Source: Pseudomonadota bacterium
GTDB taxonomy: Bacteria > Pseudomonadota > Alphaproteobacteria > Rhizobiales > Rhizobiaceae
Direction: 5' to 3'
Assembly (NCBI GenBank): GCA_023422735.1
Contig: JAFAGL010000124.1
Coordinates: 1-38,579 of the forward strand
DNA: 38,579 bases
In this document: positions 37,731 to 38,579 of the stretch, piece by piece
How positions within the stretch are numbered: position 1 is the first letter of the stretch
Layout of the letters: the number at the start of each line of letters is the position of its first letter
Translations under genes and position numbers: made by a program
Notes under the pieces: model-generated
Database searches by the model: none
Told to the model about the DNA's origin: nothing
What the model saw: only the letters and a program-made list of their open reading frames with translations

Positions 37731-38275
37731 TCGGCCAATCGAAGGGCGCACCGATGATCGATCGGTTCGAGAAGATCATAGGTGTCGTGGCATCCGTGGT
37801 CCTGTTCGCACTTATGCTGCTGACCGTAGTCGACGTGATCGGGAGGAATATCTTCAACCACCCACTCATCGGCGGTTCTGAGCTCACTGAACTGCTTCTG
37901 GTCTCGACCGCATTCCTTCTGTTCCCGCAGCTTGCCTTTCGTGAGAAGCATATCGTGGCCGATTTGCTGGATTCCTTTGATAACCGGGTCCTGCGTGCGA
38001 CACAGTATGTCCTGAGCGGCCTACTCGGTGCTGCTCTTTTCGGCCTCATAGCCTGGCGCCTCTGGATCCTCGGGCAGCGTGCGATCGGCTATGGTGACGC
38101 CACTGCAAGTCTGCATCTTCCGCTGTCCCCGGTCTATTTTGCGATGTCCGTCCTTTCGTCGGTGACGGCAGTGGCCTTCCTACTGACGATACACAGGGCG
38201 TTTAGACCATTCGATACGGTCAAGTCCGAGTCCGAGCGGCAAGCGTCGGCGACTGACCTTGCCGGACTTCACTGA
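37727..38275 (+). CDS. dctQ: TRAP DctQ (system 3)
   Basis: DVIGR..FN.PL.G..EL.E and HI..DL motifs, four TMs. Confidence 0.88.
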   Translation: MIGQSKGAPMIDRFEKIIGVVASVVLFALMLLTVVDVIGRNIFNHPLIGGSELTELLLVSTAFLLFPQLAFREKHIVADLLDSFDNRVLRATQYVLSGLLGAALFGLIAWRLWILGQRAIGYGDATASLHLPLSPVYFAMSVLSSVTAVAFLLTIHRAFRPFDTVKSESERQASATDLAGLH

Positions 38276-38298
38276 CCTCAAGAACCGCGGATATTCAC

Positions 38299-38579
38299 AT
38301 GTTGAGTGCCGGCGCAGGCTTCCTGTTTTCCTTCGTCCTGATCTTCCTACGTGTTCCCATCGCGGTCTCGTTGGGCATCACCGGGTTCATCGGATTTGGA
38401 TGGCTGATCGGATGGCAGCAATCATCGACGATGCTTGCCCTCGTGACCAAGGAGAGCACCATGTCCTATGGGCTGGTGGTCATCCCTCTGTTCATCCTCA
38501 TGGGAAACTTCGTCGCCGGAGCGGGTATCTCTGGCGAGCTCTACAGGGCGGCCCAGGCATTTCTCGGCCATCGCCGGGG
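38299..38579 (+). CDS. dctM: TRAP DctM (system 3), runs off window
   Basis: Manual translation MLSAGAGFLFSFVLIFLRVPIAVSLG...VIPLFILMGNFV..AGISGELYRAAQAFLGHRRG. Confidence 0.88.
   Translation, partial: MLSAGAGFLFSFVLIFLRVPIAVSLGITGFIGFGWLIGWQQSSTMLALVTKESTMSYGLVVIPLFILMGNFVAGAGISGELYRAAQAFLGHRR

Overview
GC-rich (roughly 60% by eye) accessory DNA with Rhizobiales-like (alphaproteobacterial) genes, probably plasmid- or ICE-derived. It is a patchwork of five blocks. (1) 1-5900: a minus-strand iron-uptake and cell-surface-signalling locus with a frameshifted fecI, fecR, an STN-type TonB-dependent receptor, a periplasmic binding protein and a FecCD permease. It carries a duplicated ECF-type promoter and an Irr (ICE)-like box. 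(2) 6100-10540: decayed relics, namely a trbI C-terminus fused to a pRiA4b ORF-3 remnant and a broken PotABCD-like transporter. (3) About 10540-34080: a 23.5-kb catabolic island of unknown substrate. It has two paralogous IclR regulators, two TRAP systems (one decayed), a Liv-type ABC importer, and CMD, SnoaL, double-hotdog MaoC, two alpha/beta hydrolases (one lacking the catalytic triad), an MPH-like metallo-beta-lactamase, a CoA ligase, a GMC oxidoreductase, EthD, an SCP2-like protein and a maleylacetate-reductase-like Fe-ADH. Five copies of a three-box operator GAAAC-N3-GTTTC-N7-GAAAC tie these genes together. (4) 34090-36343: an IS3 remnant, a truncated gene tail and a frameshifted HEPN-like (RxxxxH) gene, possibly a defence relic. 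(5) 36600-end: a third TRAP system. No rRNA, tRNA or CRISPR array was seen. All family calls come from motif recognition by eye, not database searches.
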